Assembly: GCA_036676395.1 (NCBI GenBank)
Contig: JAKFCY010000003.1
Location: forward strand, 538,330-602,329
DNA from: Bdellovibrio sp.
GTDB lineage: Bacteria; Bdellovibrionota; Bdellovibrionia; Bdellovibrionales; Bdellovibrionaceae
Direction of reading: 5' to 3'
DNA length: 64,000 nucleotides
Both the position numbers and the translations under genes were made by a program. Each line of letters starts with the position of its first letter. Within the stretch, counting starts at the first letter, position 1. Shown in pieces: positions 38,837 to 48,550 of this stretch. The notes under the pieces were generated by a model that worked only from the letters and a program-made list of their open reading frames with translations, did not search any database and had not been told where the DNA came from.

Positions 38837-39630
38837 ATAAAAAAGTTGTGATAGTGACGGGTTCCTCTTCAGGAATTGGATTTACGACGGCCATGCTTTT
38901 TGCTAAAAAAGGCTATCAGGTTTATGGCTTGTCTCGCCGAAAAATTGAGGATGCTCCATTTATTCAGATTCAGGCAGATGTTAATAGTGACTCTTCGGTA
39001 AATGCAGCCGTTGCAGAAGTCTTAAAGCAAGCCGGTCGCATAGATATTTTATTTAACAATGCAGGTTTTGCGATGGTCGGAGCTACAGAAGAAAGTTCGA
39101 TGGATCAAATCAAGTCAATGTTTGAAACAAATTTTTTCGGAGCAATTAGAGTTGCAAATGCGGTTCTGCCGACAATGCGAAAACAACGATCTGGTCGTAT
39201 TTTACATACAAGCTCTATCGCCGGATTAATACCATTTCCATATATGAGCTATTACTCTGCTTCGAAGCATGCTCTTGATGCTTACTCAGAGTCTTTGGAT
39301 CATGAAATCAGAAATTTTGGAATTAGAAGTATTTTGATTGAACCAAGTTTCATGAAAACCTCAATTAATGCTCATCAATTCAAAGTCGATGTTCCGGTTT
39401 CAGAGTACGTGTCGATTCGTGAAAAAGTTGAAAACCTTGTTGCAAAGGGAATAGAAATTTCTCCGAGCCCAGACCTCGTGGCAGAGAAAGTGGTAGAAGT
39501 TGCTGAGCTAGTTAAGCCTCGCCTACGCTATCTTGTAGGCAAGGATGCAAAAATTCTTTCTTTTATGAGACGATTTTCGTCGAGTTCATTTTTTGATAAG
39601 AGAATGCGTTCACAATTAAAGCTTAGCTGA
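38833..39630 (+). CDS. SDR oxidoreductase
   Basis: TGSSSGIG, NNAG, YSASK. Confidence 0.95.
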   Translation: MNKKVVIVTGSSSGIGFTTAMLFAKKGYQVYGLSRRKIEDAPFIQIQADVNSDSSVNAAVAEVLKQAGRIDILFNNAGFAMVGATEESSMDQIKSMFETNFFGAIRVANAVLPTMRKQRSGRILHTSSIAGLIPFPYMSYYSASKHALDAYSESLDHEIRNFGIRSILIEPSFMKTSINAHQFKVDVPVSEYVSIREKVENLVAKGIEISPSPDLVAEKVVEVAELVKPRLRYLVGKDAKILSFMRRFSSSSFFDKRMRSQLKLS

Positions 39631-40123
39631 TATTTGCAGTAAGTATTTCACGTGGGCTAAGGGCTTCGATCGCTATGCTGTGAATTGCTTCACTAACGGT
39701 TGCGCAAGCATCTGCTACAATCGACACTTTATACTTTTCAGCTTTCTTAGAAAGAGCGGTGTGGGTCACGCAGTTTTGGGTCATCATTCCACACAGTACA
39801 ATGTGTTCAACACCGAGCTTATCTAAGACAGCTTCAAGTTCGGTTTTGTGAAATGAGTCGGCGTACTGTTTGTTGATCACCGGCGCACCCAGAGCTGCAT
39901 CAAGAATTTTTTGGTGTGTCATGGCGCCGTTGCTTCCAGGGGTAAAGAGTGGAGCATCTGCACCAAGAACATGTTGAATCAGCACAACGGGAATATTCTG
40001 TTTTTTAGCTAGGTCTATAAGTTCCAGCGTTTTATCTAATGCCTTTTCTGGATTCCACAATGGAAACTTTCCACCAGAGAAATATTCGTTTTGAATATCA
40101 ATGACGACTAAAGCTTTTTTCAT
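39623..40123 (-). CDS. Isochorismatase-like cysteine hydrolase
   Basis: ALVVIDIQNEY, K..ADSF, GMMTQNCV. Confidence 0.92.
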   Translation of the reverse strand: MKKALVVIDIQNEYFSGGKFPLWNPEKALDKTLELIDLAKKQNIPVVLIQHVLGADAPLFTPGSNGAMTHQKILDAALGAPVINKQYADSFHKTELEAVLDKLGVEHIVLCGMMTQNCVTHTALSKKAEKYKVSIVADACATVSEAIHSIAIEALSPREILTANIS

Positions 40124-40521
40124 TGTCGACCCCAAAAATTATTCTCGGCCTCTTGATCTTCAGAGAAAAGCCAAACTTCTTTTATTTTTTCATTTTGAAT
40201 TTTTAATAGATCAACTCCGGCCATAGACATGCTTGTTCCTTCTCGTTGAGCTGAAAACTGGATGATGACAGAGACTAAGTCTCCGTTTGCCATAATGTGT
40301 TTCGGCTCAAGTTTTAAAGTTCCTTGAGAAATTTGCATCATTTTTCCTAAGTGTGGAAATAGCTCTTGTTTGCCTTTGTAAGTTCCTGAGGCCTGATGGT
40401 TTCCTGGCTGGTGCCAGATGATATCATCAGCCAGGAGTTGTCCGACTTGCTCCATTTCGCCTTTGGCCAAGTGATCGAAATAAGATTTAATAACCTTTAA
40501 GTTTTTTTGGTCTGTATTCAT
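40120..40521 (-). CDS. SnoaL-like / NTF2 protein
   Basis: LADDIIWHQPG...SGTYKG motif. Confidence 0.88.
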   Translation of the reverse strand: MNTDQKNLKVIKSYFDHLAKGEMEQVGQLLADDIIWHQPGNHQASGTYKGKQELFPHLGKMMQISQGTLKLEPKHIMANGDLVSVIIQFSAQREGTSMSMAGVDLLKIQNEKIKEVWLFSEDQEAENNFWGRQ

Positions 40522-40602
40522 AGACAGCTCCTTTTTTATAACTATATTAAGCTAAATTAATCTGCTACCATAGTGGCATAAATGCCATTTATGGGGTTGA
40601 TT

Positions 40603-41556
40603 ATGACAAAGCGTAAAATTGTAAATATTGGGGTACTAGTCCATAATAGATCAGCCCTTGGGGTAACTCTTTTGATTAAAGAGATTTTTGAAGCCGCGAA
40701 CTATGTCTTAGGAGCTGAGACTTATAAGTTAGATTTTATGAGTTATAAGAAACGAATCTTAAAAAACGACATTTTTCAAATGCAATTGCAGAAGAGCAAA
40801 GAGACATACGATTATGTGATAGTTAGCCCTTCGCAAGGAAGATATGAAAATCAGCTTCTTGAATGGGATGAAGAGATTGAACTTCTTAAATCATTACACA
40901 AGAATAACGCCGTGATCGCATCATCGTGTCTGGGAGTTCTGCTTTTGGCCAGCACTGGAATACTTGATGGTAAGCAAGCAACAACTCACTGGGCCTGCGA
41001 GAGCTTTGTAAAAAAGAATTTTCCCAAAGTTCAGTGGGATATGCAGAAAATACTTTGTGAGACTGCGTCTGTCATCACTGCTGGGGGCTACCTTGCCATT
41101 GTTGACCTAACTCTTAATATTATCTCAAAATCAAGTGGCAAGAAGATGACCCAAGAAATCGGAAAACTTCTGCTCGCCGACAGCACCAGAGAAAAACAAT
41201 CTATTTATGCGGCAGAGCTAATAGTGAACACTCAAGAAGTAGATCAGTTTAAAGTTTTAGAAAAATGGATCGATTTGAATATTCACAAAAATATTTCAAT
41301 TCAGGAAATGGCAGACCATTGTGGTATGAGTTTGCGTAGTTTTCAAAGAAAGATCATTTCATCTTATGGCCACCCACCAAAGAAGTTTCTTCAGTTAAAA
41401 CGGGTTCAGAAAGCGCGTTTATTACTAGGTAATTCAAAATTAAGTATCGAAGATGTCGTATCACAAGTCGGCATGAGTGATGTTTCATCGTTCAGAAAAA
41501 TCTTTCTGCGAGAGTTTGGAATGTCGTTGTCTGAATATCGAAGACGAATATTCTAG
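40603..41556 (+). CDS. GlxA-type AraC regulator (DJ-1 domain + HTH)
   Basis: SSCLG, GILDGKQATTHW, C-terminal AraC HTH. Confidence 0.92.
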   Translation: MTKRKIVNIGVLVHNRSALGVTLLIKEIFEAANYVLGAETYKLDFMSYKKRILKNDIFQMQLQKSKETYDYVIVSPSQGRYENQLLEWDEEIELLKSLHKNNAVIASSCLGVLLLASTGILDGKQATTHWACESFVKKNFPKVQWDMQKILCETASVITAGGYLAIVDLTLNIISKSSGKKMTQEIGKLLLADSTREKQSIYAAELIVNTQEVDQFKVLEKWIDLNIHKNISIQEMADHCGMSLRSFQRKIISSYGHPPKKFLQLKRVQKARLLLGNSKLSIEDVVSQVGMSDVSSFRKIFLREFGMSLSEYRRRIF

Positions 41557-41598
41557 TTATGCACGACTTAGAGAAACCATCGTGCGTACCTAGGCTAA

Positions 41599-42582
41599 TC
41601 AGCGGCGATCAATTGTAATATAAACGAAAGTTTGATTCAACAACATGTAGGCAATTTCACCGAAGGTCATAGCGCTGACGATGTCTCCAGATTTTTTTCC
41701 TTCAAGATTTGCATAGAGAAAATTAAGAATACAATTGCACGCAAATAGAGGCGAATCGATTTGCTGGCTTTTTAAAGCAGATTCAAATTTTTTCTCGTAA
41801 TTATCGAAAGGCTTGGCCAGTTTATAGGTAACGCCAGGAAAAACCGGCGCGTAGAATCTTACTTTTTTAGTGAGAGGATCTACGTCTCGAAAGCTTACGT
41901 TAATCATCGCGCCCATATAGTCTGCGACCAGCGGCAATTGTAGATCAATTTTATTTTCTTCGATATAAGACGATAATGATACTTGTTTTCCGTTTACAAA
42001 TGCTGACTCAGTTTCAAATCCAGTATTTTCAAAGGTAATTGAGTCGCCATTATTTTGTTCGAAAATATTAATTATATTTGCTGAAACTGAAAATTCTTTA
42101 GATAACTGAGCGTGCATAACAAGCGCTCTATCTGAAATCAATTCTCCAGTTTTTCCATTCATAACTTTTGGAGTATCCGACGAAATACTTAAGTCAGTTC
42201 CGGTAATCCAGCCAACCAATGGCTGATTGAATACACCTGACCAAGTTGAACACTCTTTCGCGAATTTTAGGTGTACATCAGAAAATGCAGGTATAACAAT
42301 CAAACTAAAACCATTATCAAAATAATTTGACGGTATCTCAGGTAAAGTACTTTCACTGTAGGAAACAATCGAGATTTTTTCAATTTGTTCAGGAAGCCGA
42401 GTGACAAGAATTTTTTCATGTGAAATTATTCCACCAGCCTCTGTCATAAAATAAGGGATGGTTCCACCTATCCAGTTTCCCTTAGGAAGTTGTGATAAAC
42501 ATTGTTCACTTCCTGCAATATAAAGATTAGTTCCGCTTAGAATTAAAGTAGATACTTCAGCTAAGGTTAACATTTTAGTCAT
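41599..42582 (-). CDS. DUF6976 / FIST-like protein
   Basis: LPKGNWIGGTIPYFM, PLVADY.GAMINVS, FYAPVF, CNCILNFLY, TFGEIAYMLLNQT. Confidence 0.8.
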   Translation of the reverse strand: MTKMLTLAEVSTLILSGTNLYIAGSEQCLSQLPKGNWIGGTIPYFMTEAGGIISHEKILVTRLPEQIEKISIVSYSESTLPEIPSNYFDNGFSLIVIPAFSDVHLKFAKECSTWSGVFNQPLVGWITGTDLSISSDTPKVMNGKTGELISDRALVMHAQLSKEFSVSANIINIFEQNNGDSITFENTGFETESAFVNGKQVSLSSYIEENKIDLQLPLVADYMGAMINVSFRDVDPLTKKVRFYAPVFPGVTYKLAKPFDNYEKKFESALKSQQIDSPLFACNCILNFLYANLEGKKSGDIVSAMTFGEIAYMLLNQTFVYITIDRR

Positions 42583-42875
42583 AATTCACCTTCAGTAGGC
42601 TTTCCAAACAGAAGAACTATGTCATTACATACAACATTAGAATTTTTCGAAAAAAAATCATGAGCAACTTTAATTGCTTCTTCAATTTTTTGCGGAGTTT
42701 TATCTCTTGCTAAAATTCTTACTCGCATCATGAGCATTTTTGTAGGTAAAGCTTGAAAATTTAAAGCATCATCCCCCAGAACTATTTGTTTCCAACGAGG
42801 ATCTGACTTTGGAGGCACCATTTTTATCTCCGATCGACCAGTATGCATTTTCTGATCAAAATGAGACATTTTCAA
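42579..42875 (-). CDS. Small hypothetical protein (start uncertain)
   Basis: Stop overlaps the DUF6976 start (ATGA coupling). Confidence 0.65.
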   Translation of the reverse strand: MKMSHFDQKMHTGRSEIKMVPPKSDPRWKQIVLGDDALNFQALPTKMLMMRVRILARDKTPQKIEEAIKVAHDFFSKNSNVVCNDIVLLFGKPTEGEL

Positions 42876-42958
42876 AATTATTTTTCATTTAAAGCAAAAA
42901 TCAAGACTAACGCCCTCTAAAACATCTTAATTCGGTAGTAGCCTAGCCGATATGATAA

Positions 42959-44281
42959 ATGGAGAGCTACATGCCTAATACGAAAGATTTAAAAGATATA
43001 CTCAACAAAATAATGATGAGTGAATTATCGCCAGACTCCAGCGAATGGTTAACTTTAAAAAAAGAGTTATCTGATAAATGCAAACAACATATTGAAAATT
43101 ACGAAATGTTGCAAAAAACTCTTGAACTTGGTTATCAAGAAATGCAAAAAATGTTAGAGCTATTTGAACAGCGTGATTTACTGAAACAATCTATTTTTGA
43201 CGCTTCTCAAGATATCATTCTTACTCTAGATGACAGTGGTCAAGTTATCGAATTCAATCGTGCTACCGAAACTTTGCTAAAATTAGACGCTCAATCGATT
43301 ATGGGTCAGAAACTTACATCTCTGCTTCCAGATTGTTCATTCAGGCAAGATCTTAACAATCTATTTTCACAATCTGCGGATTTTGATACAAATTCATTAT
43401 TAGAAAAATCCTACGAAAGTACTCTTTTTGATAGTGCAGGTAACATGCTCATTGTTCTCGTTTCAATGAGTCGTATTGAAAATCATGAAAGTGTTGTTTA
43501 TCCAGTTTATATCAAAGACCTTTCTAGTGAAAAAGCAGCGGCCCAGGAACTCGAGGAAAGTCGAGCTCAGCTTATGTCGACATCAAAAATGTCAGCCTTA
43601 GGCGAAATGGCGGGAGGAGTGGCTCACGAAATTAATACTCCTTTGGCCGTCATTCAAATGAGGTCAGAACAGTTATTTGAAGATGTAACTGATGGTTCTG
43701 CAGATAAAGAATCAATTTTAGATGCAGTTAAGGTCATTGATATCACGGTTAAAAGAATTGCAAAAATTATTTCTGGCCTTAGATCTTTTTCAAGAGATGG
43801 AAGAAAAGATCCCATGATGAGTTGTTCAGTTTATCAAATCGTCGAAGATACTTTTAGTCTTTGTCGAGAAAAGTTTTTGTCAAATGGGGTAGAACTCGAA
43901 TTTATCAAAAGTGCTGACGCTGAAATTGAATGTCGCCCAAGTGAAATAGCCCAAGTGTTATTAAACATGCTCAATAATGCTTTTGATGCTATTCAGCCAT
44001 TATCGAATAAGTGGGTAAGAGTCGAGCTTGAACAAAAGCAAAACTTACTTTCTTTGAAAGTGACTGACAGTGGAAAAGGTATTCCAATCGATGTCCAAGA
44101 AAAGATGATGCAGCCCTTTTTCACGACTAAAGAAATTGGCAAAGGCACAGGTCTGGGTTTAAGTATTTCTAAAGGATTGATCGAAAGCCATGGCGGGTCT
44201 ATTTTTATAGATAATTCGTCAGCTAACACTTGCTTGGTTATCTCGTTACCAAGAAAAGGTATAGGTTCACTGGCCGCGTAG
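42959..44281 (+). CDS. Cytoplasmic PAS-domain histidine kinase (NtrB-like)
   Basis: PAS domain; LGEMAGGVAHEINTPL H-box; N, G1, F and G2 boxes. Confidence 0.95.
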   Translation: MESYMPNTKDLKDILNKIMMSELSPDSSEWLTLKKELSDKCKQHIENYEMLQKTLELGYQEMQKMLELFEQRDLLKQSIFDASQDIILTLDDSGQVIEFNRATETLLKLDAQSIMGQKLTSLLPDCSFRQDLNNLFSQSADFDTNSLLEKSYESTLFDSAGNMLIVLVSMSRIENHESVVYPVYIKDLSSEKAAAQELEESRAQLMSTSKMSALGEMAGGVAHEINTPLAVIQMRSEQLFEDVTDGSADKESILDAVKVIDITVKRIAKIISGLRSFSRDGRKDPMMSCSVYQIVEDTFSLCREKFLSNGVELEFIKSADAEIECRPSEIAQVLLNMLNNAFDAIQPLSNKWVRVELEQKQNLLSLKVTDSGKGIPIDVQEKMMQPFFTTKEIGKGTGLGLSISKGLIESHGGSIFIDNSSANTCLVISLPRKGIGSLAA

Positions 44282-45334
44282 GGCTTCCAACGCAAGTGCG
44301 CCAGAACCGCGAAAGACTAATGTCACCTGACGGCGAGTCAGGCTATTCTGATAAATGGGGTCGTAATAATAAACCAAAAGTTTTTCGATCCACTGAAGGT
44401 TGCGGGTAAGATCACCGCTGGTGCAGTAATCAGTTTTGCTATGTTCAATCAGTTCAAGAATTTCTTTACTGCGTAAGCCACCTAATTTAGGTGTTATCGA
44501 AAGCACTGCTTTTTTATATTGATCAAACATTGAAACCGAAGCCGCTTTTAGAATGTAATCTTCAAAAATATTTTCGACTCGTTTTTCAAGGGGCTCTTCA
44601 AGCCAAATCACTTCTGCAGAACGCAGGGCTGTAAATAAAACTGGTGGCAAAGCACATCTTCCGACCAGACGACTTTCATCTTCGATCAGAACTGTCTGTT
44701 TGGGGTTTGCTGCGATTTTTAAGCATTCTGTGCTTAGTAAAATTTCAAACTGAGCTTGCGAAGGTTGCGGTTCGGGAAGTGCGCCAAAAGCTGATCCGCG
44801 GTGATTTGCTAAACCTTCTAGGTCAATGATGCCTTGATGCTTTAGCTTAAGTGCGTTTTGTAAAAATCGTGTTTTTCCACAACCGGTCATGCCCGAGACA
44901 GTCAGAAAATGAGTATTGCGACAAAATTTTTGCAGCTCTAAATCTAAGTGTCGGCGTGCGCCTTTGTATCCTGTTTGCAAGATTGGACGTTCGATGCCTA
45001 ACTCTTGTAACCACTTTTGCGTAATTTGCGAACGTTGGCCACCACGAAAACAGTAAATCACCGCACTAGGATAGCGCTGAATAAATTCAATCCACGCAGC
45101 CATGCGCTCAGCTTTTACTGCACCAGAAATTAATTGATGCCCTAAGACCATAGCAGCTTCACGGCCCTGACGTTTGTAAACAGTGCCGACTTCGCTGCGT
45201 TCGTGATTATTCAGAATGGGTAAGTTCACCGCGCCCGGAAGATGACCGTGTGCAAATTCGACTTCGGCACGAACATCAATAAACGGAGTGTTTGTAATCA
45301 GTAGGTCATTCAAAAATTCTTCGCCAATTTTCAT
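44267..45334 (-). CDS. mnmH: tRNA 2-selenouridine synthase
   Basis: Rhodanese IDVR...YCFRGGQRS; GMTGCGKT; DLEGLANHRGSAFG; EDES. Confidence 0.96.
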   Translation of the reverse strand: MKIGEEFLNDLLITNTPFIDVRAEVEFAHGHLPGAVNLPILNNHERSEVGTVYKRQGREAAMVLGHQLISGAVKAERMAAWIEFIQRYPSAVIYCFRGGQRSQITQKWLQELGIERPILQTGYKGARRHLDLELQKFCRNTHFLTVSGMTGCGKTRFLQNALKLKHQGIIDLEGLANHRGSAFGALPEPQPSQAQFEILLSTECLKIAANPKQTVLIEDESRLVGRCALPPVLFTALRSAEVIWLEEPLEKRVENIFEDYILKAASVSMFDQYKKAVLSITPKLGGLRSKEILELIEHSKTDYCTSGDLTRNLQWIEKLLVYYYDPIYQNSLTRRQVTLVFRGSGALALEALRGQ

Positions 45335-46384
45335 TTACTTGAAAGTGATAGTCGCTGTTTGCCGACTTATCACTTCTCCGATGCGCGCAGCCTGAGGAAA
45401 ACATTTTTTTAGAGCGGATAAGATGGCATCGCTGGCTTCAGGTGCAATCGAAAGAAGTAATCCACCGCTGGTCTGAGGATCATGCAGCAGTTGAGTTTGA
45501 ATTTCGTCAAGACGGGAAACATCTAACGAAGCTGAAGTGTATTCTGCATTCGTACGATGGGCTTTTGTTAAAAACCCGCGTTCTAAACAATGCAAAGCTT
45601 TTGAAAAAATAGGAAGCTGGCCGAATTCGATTTCTAAGCTGACCTGGCTGGCGTTAGCTAACTGCATGCTGTGCCCAGAAATTCCAAATCCTGTGATATC
45701 AGTGGCTGCGTGAATATTTAGTGCCTGATCGGTGCTAAGTTCATCAATCACGTTGTTCAATGTAGACATGCTAGTTATAGCGTCGGCGATATCTGACTCG
45801 GTCAGTTCACGGCGTTTTAATCCTGCAGTCATGGTGCCTGTGCCCAGGGGTTTTGTTAAAATTAAATGATCACCGGGTTTTGCACCAGCATTTGTCCAGA
45901 TACGTTTCGGGTGTACGTATCCGGTTACAGAAAGACCAAATTTCAAACTGTCATCATCGATGGAATGCCCACCCACGAAGTTAGCGCCAGCCTGTGCGAT
46001 TTTATCACTAGCCCCTTGCATGACATCGACAATCACAGATTCACTCATGGTCATCAGCGGAAAAGCTAAAATTCCCATAGCTGTTTTCGGTCTTCCGCCC
46101 ATGGCGTAAATATCACTTAAAGCATTGGCTGCGGCCACGGCACCAAAAAGTTTTGGTGTATCAAGAATCGGTGTGAAAAAATCTAACGTTTGCACTAAAG
46201 CGACTTCATCAGTGACTTGATAAATAGCCGCATCATCAAAAAGACGTCCATCGACTAAAAGTTCGGGATGCGGTTGGGGAAACCGAACTTGGTTCAGAAT
46301 TTTACGCAACTCTTGCGCTGCGATTTTGGCGGCGCAACCACCTTTTTGTACTGTCTGCGTAAGAGGAACAAATTCTTTTATCAT
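45335..46384 (-). CDS. selD: Selenophosphate synthetase (Cys form)
   Basis: GGCAAK, DDAA, DFFTP, NALSDIYAMGG, TDITGFG, DPQTSGGLL. Confidence 0.97.
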   Translation of the reverse strand: MIKEFVPLTQTVQKGGCAAKIAAQELRKILNQVRFPQPHPELLVDGRLFDDAAIYQVTDEVALVQTLDFFTPILDTPKLFGAVAAANALSDIYAMGGRPKTAMGILAFPLMTMSESVIVDVMQGASDKIAQAGANFVGGHSIDDDSLKFGLSVTGYVHPKRIWTNAGAKPGDHLILTKPLGTGTMTAGLKRRELTESDIADAITSMSTLNNVIDELSTDQALNIHAATDITGFGISGHSMQLANASQVSLEIEFGQLPIFSKALHCLERGFLTKAHRTNAEYTSASLDVSRLDEIQTQLLHDPQTSGGLLLSIAPEASDAILSALKKCFPQAARIGEVISRQTATITFK

Positions 46385-46440
46385 GTTCGAGATATAGCCG
46401 AAAAGACAGAGGCAAGCAAAACAAATGCTTTACAATGTAG

Positions 46441-46827
46441 TTAAAGGCTTTGAAATACATGAATTTGTCTAAAGAAGGCACGACCGCGATCAAGCATCTG
46501 CGCTTCAGTCAAAAAAGGAATTTTTTGTACTGATAAAACTCTATGGCTTAATTTCGGATGGTGTTTTTTTAGATGATTCATAAAGTGGTCAGGCCCAGGC
46601 CCTGATCCTAAGATCAGCCACTCCTGCGCAGAAACTTTTTCAAGTTTATGGCAAACAGTGTGATAAAGCCTTTCTTCATCAGTCTCGTGAATAGGATGGT
46701 TTTTGGCGGCTGTTTCAACTGGGTGTTTTGGGCCTTTTAGAAATATTTTTTGTGTTGTTAGCCCATTGGGATCCAAATGATATAAACGCGCTTCTTGGGT
46801 ATTAATAAATAGTATAAGTGAAGACAT
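46441..46827 (-). CDS. eRF1 domain-2 / host-attachment-like small protein
   Basis: LFINTQEARL and LILGSGPG...F...L...H pattern. Confidence 0.6.
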   Translation of the reverse strand: MSSLILFINTQEARLYHLDPNGLTTQKIFLKGPKHPVETAAKNHPIHETDEERLYHTVCHKLEKVSAQEWLILGSGPGPDHFMNHLKKHHPKLSHRVLSVQKIPFLTEAQMLDRGRAFFRQIHVFQSL

Positions 46828-47058
46828 GATTTTTGCTCTCTTTCTTTCTTAATTGTTTAATACAAAAGGCAAGACTGTGGCCAATGTGGGGCTGTTGACG
46901 AAAAAAAGAGTAATTGTGAAAAAAAACAATAAGTTAGAGCTTATTGAGCTCTTACCGATAGAGTCAGTTTCTGCCAGGCTGTCATGTTTGAAGAATATAT
47001 CGGCAGACAATTTGTCACATCTTGAGCGTCGGCAGTAAGTAAGTTATATTAAATATAT

Positions 47059-47439
47059 ATGGCAGTTATTAGAAATCGAACCCTTAGAGCATTCATTTTT
47101 GTAAGTGGATGTAGCTCTGTGATATTAGGTATAATAGGAATATTTCTGCCGCTGCTTCCTACAACTCCATTTGTTCTTTTTGCGGCATGGTGTTTTCTTA
47201 GAAGTTCTGAGGGCGCTCACAAATGGATTTATCGCCAACCAGTCATGGGCAAAGCTTTGAAAAATTGGGAAAAAAACCGAAGTATTTCCAGAGCAACTAA
47301 GAAAGTCGCAATAACTACAATTTTAATTTCAGCAGTTTTAATCTGGTTTAATGTAGCTAACTTTTGGATTAATATTCCAGTAACGCTTCTACTGCTTGGT
47401 GTTTCTATTTTTATTTTCATTCAAAAAGAAAATTTTTAG
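47059..47439 (+). CDS. ybaN: YbaN (DUF454) membrane protein
   Basis: LGIIGIFLPLLPTTPFVL.AAWCF.RSS signature. Confidence 0.93.
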   Translation: MAVIRNRTLRAFIFVSGCSSVILGIIGIFLPLLPTTPFVLFAAWCFLRSSEGAHKWIYRQPVMGKALKNWEKNRSISRATKKVAITTILISAVLIWFNVANFWINIPVTLLLLGVSIFIFIQKENF

Positions 47440-47442
47440 GCC

Positions 47443-47880
47443 TCAGTCAAATTTGCGCATAATCTCGGTAAGCTGTTTTGCCTCTTGCGCCGTTAAAAAA
47501 CGGCCGAAATGTTCTTCGATAGCGGCTTCGTAATGCGGCCAGGTTTCAGCAAGAGCCTTAAGACCTTTCGGTGTAATCGCGGCAAACTGGCTTCGCCCAT
47601 CATCTGGCGATTTTTCTTTAATTAAAAATCCGAGCTTTTCAAGCTTTTCGACAGAGCGACTTAGGGCGCTTTTTGATGTCACGATTTCTTCGGCAACATC
47701 AATTAAACGCAGTTTTTTATCAGGAGAATTTTTTAGTGCAAGAAGAACGTCATAGTGGTGAAGCGGTAATAAGCCTTCATTACTTTCAAGTGCACGCTCG
47801 ATTCGCCCAAATATTTTTGAGTGACGAGTAATTAGATACGCCCAGGCTGTATGTTGGGCCGACCCCAGCTTTTTTCTCAT
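47443..47880 (-). CDS. MarR-family regulator
   Basis: YDVLLAL, SKSALSR, DGR...ITPKG. Confidence 0.92.
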   Translation of the reverse strand: MRKKLGSAQHTAWAYLITRHSKIFGRIERALESNEGLLPLHHYDVLLALKNSPDKKLRLIDVAEEIVTSKSALSRSVEKLEKLGFLIKEKSPDDGRSQFAAITPKGLKALAETWPHYEAAIEEHFGRFLTAQEAKQLTEIMRKFD

Positions 47881-47900
47881 AAAAATACAATAGCCGAATT

Positions 47901-47956
47901 TAGTTGCACGAGCAACTATTATCTGGCAACTTGTGAATAGTTGCATGTGCAACTAT
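47901..47956. promoter_or_regulatory. Two palindromic MarR operators
   Basis: TAGTTGCACGAGCAACTA (47901-47918) and ATAGTTGCATGTGCAACTAT (47937-47956). Confidence 0.8.
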
Positions 47957-47972
47957 ATTTAGGAGAAACAAT

Positions 47973-48434
47973 ATGAAATCAACTATTTTAAGATTATTTA
48001 ACACCGAGAACGACTTCGCTCTGACTGTGCTTCGTGTGAGCTTGGGCATTATGATTTTGCCTCACGGTTTGCAAAAAATGTTTGGACTATTTGGTGGTTT
48101 TGGATTTTCGGGCACGATGGAATTTTTCACTGCAACAATGGGCATTCCCTGGATCTTTGCTGCTGCTGCGATCTTGGCCGAGTCACTGGGAGGTGTCGCA
48201 CTTATATTTGGAGTAGGTACAAGATTGGCCGCATTTGGAGTAGGTGTGACGATGCTGGTCGCGGCCCTTATCTCACACATGCAGCATGGCTTTTTTATGA
48301 ACTGGTTTGGTCATCAAAAAGGTGAAGGTGTAGAATTTTTTATACTTGCAGTTGGCATTGCCATCGCGCTGATCTTTCGTGGTGGCGGTGCACTCTCTGT
48401 AGACAAGCTTCTAAGTCAATTGAACGGTAAATAG
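47973..48434 (+). CDS. DoxX family membrane protein
   Basis: LRVSLG...PHGLQKMFG, GFFMNW, GGGALSVD. Confidence 0.93.
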   Translation: MKSTILRLFNTENDFALTVLRVSLGIMILPHGLQKMFGLFGGFGFSGTMEFFTATMGIPWIFAAAAILAESLGGVALIFGVGTRLAAFGVGVTMLVAALISHMQHGFFMNWFGHQKGEGVEFFILAVGIAIALIFRGGGALSVDKLLSQLNGK

Positions 48435-48483
48435 CAGTGGCAAAAATGAATATTTTGTTCGCTTTTTAACAGACTCAAAAAAC

Positions 48484-48500
48484 TGGGAATCATCCTTGCA
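48484..48500 (+). promoter_or_regulatory. Putative sigma54 promoter
   Basis: GGAATCATCCTTGCA (GG-N10-GC) upstream of ATG 48551. Confidence 0.45.
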
Positions 48501-48550
48501 TATTTATGTGGTCGTCAGTAATTATGTGCCACATATTTTAAGGAGTTCCC

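Noticed and set aside
45335..46384. Possible selenocysteine (UGA) in SelD
   Set aside because: The active-site codon is Cys (GGCAAK) and the frame is uninterrupted.
46853..47038. 61-aa ORF
   Set aside because: TTG start without an RBS, in a divergent promoter region; no recognisable motif.
21563..47040. Intact prophage, ICE or IS element
   Set aside because: No integrase, transposase, or phage structural or conjugation genes recognised.
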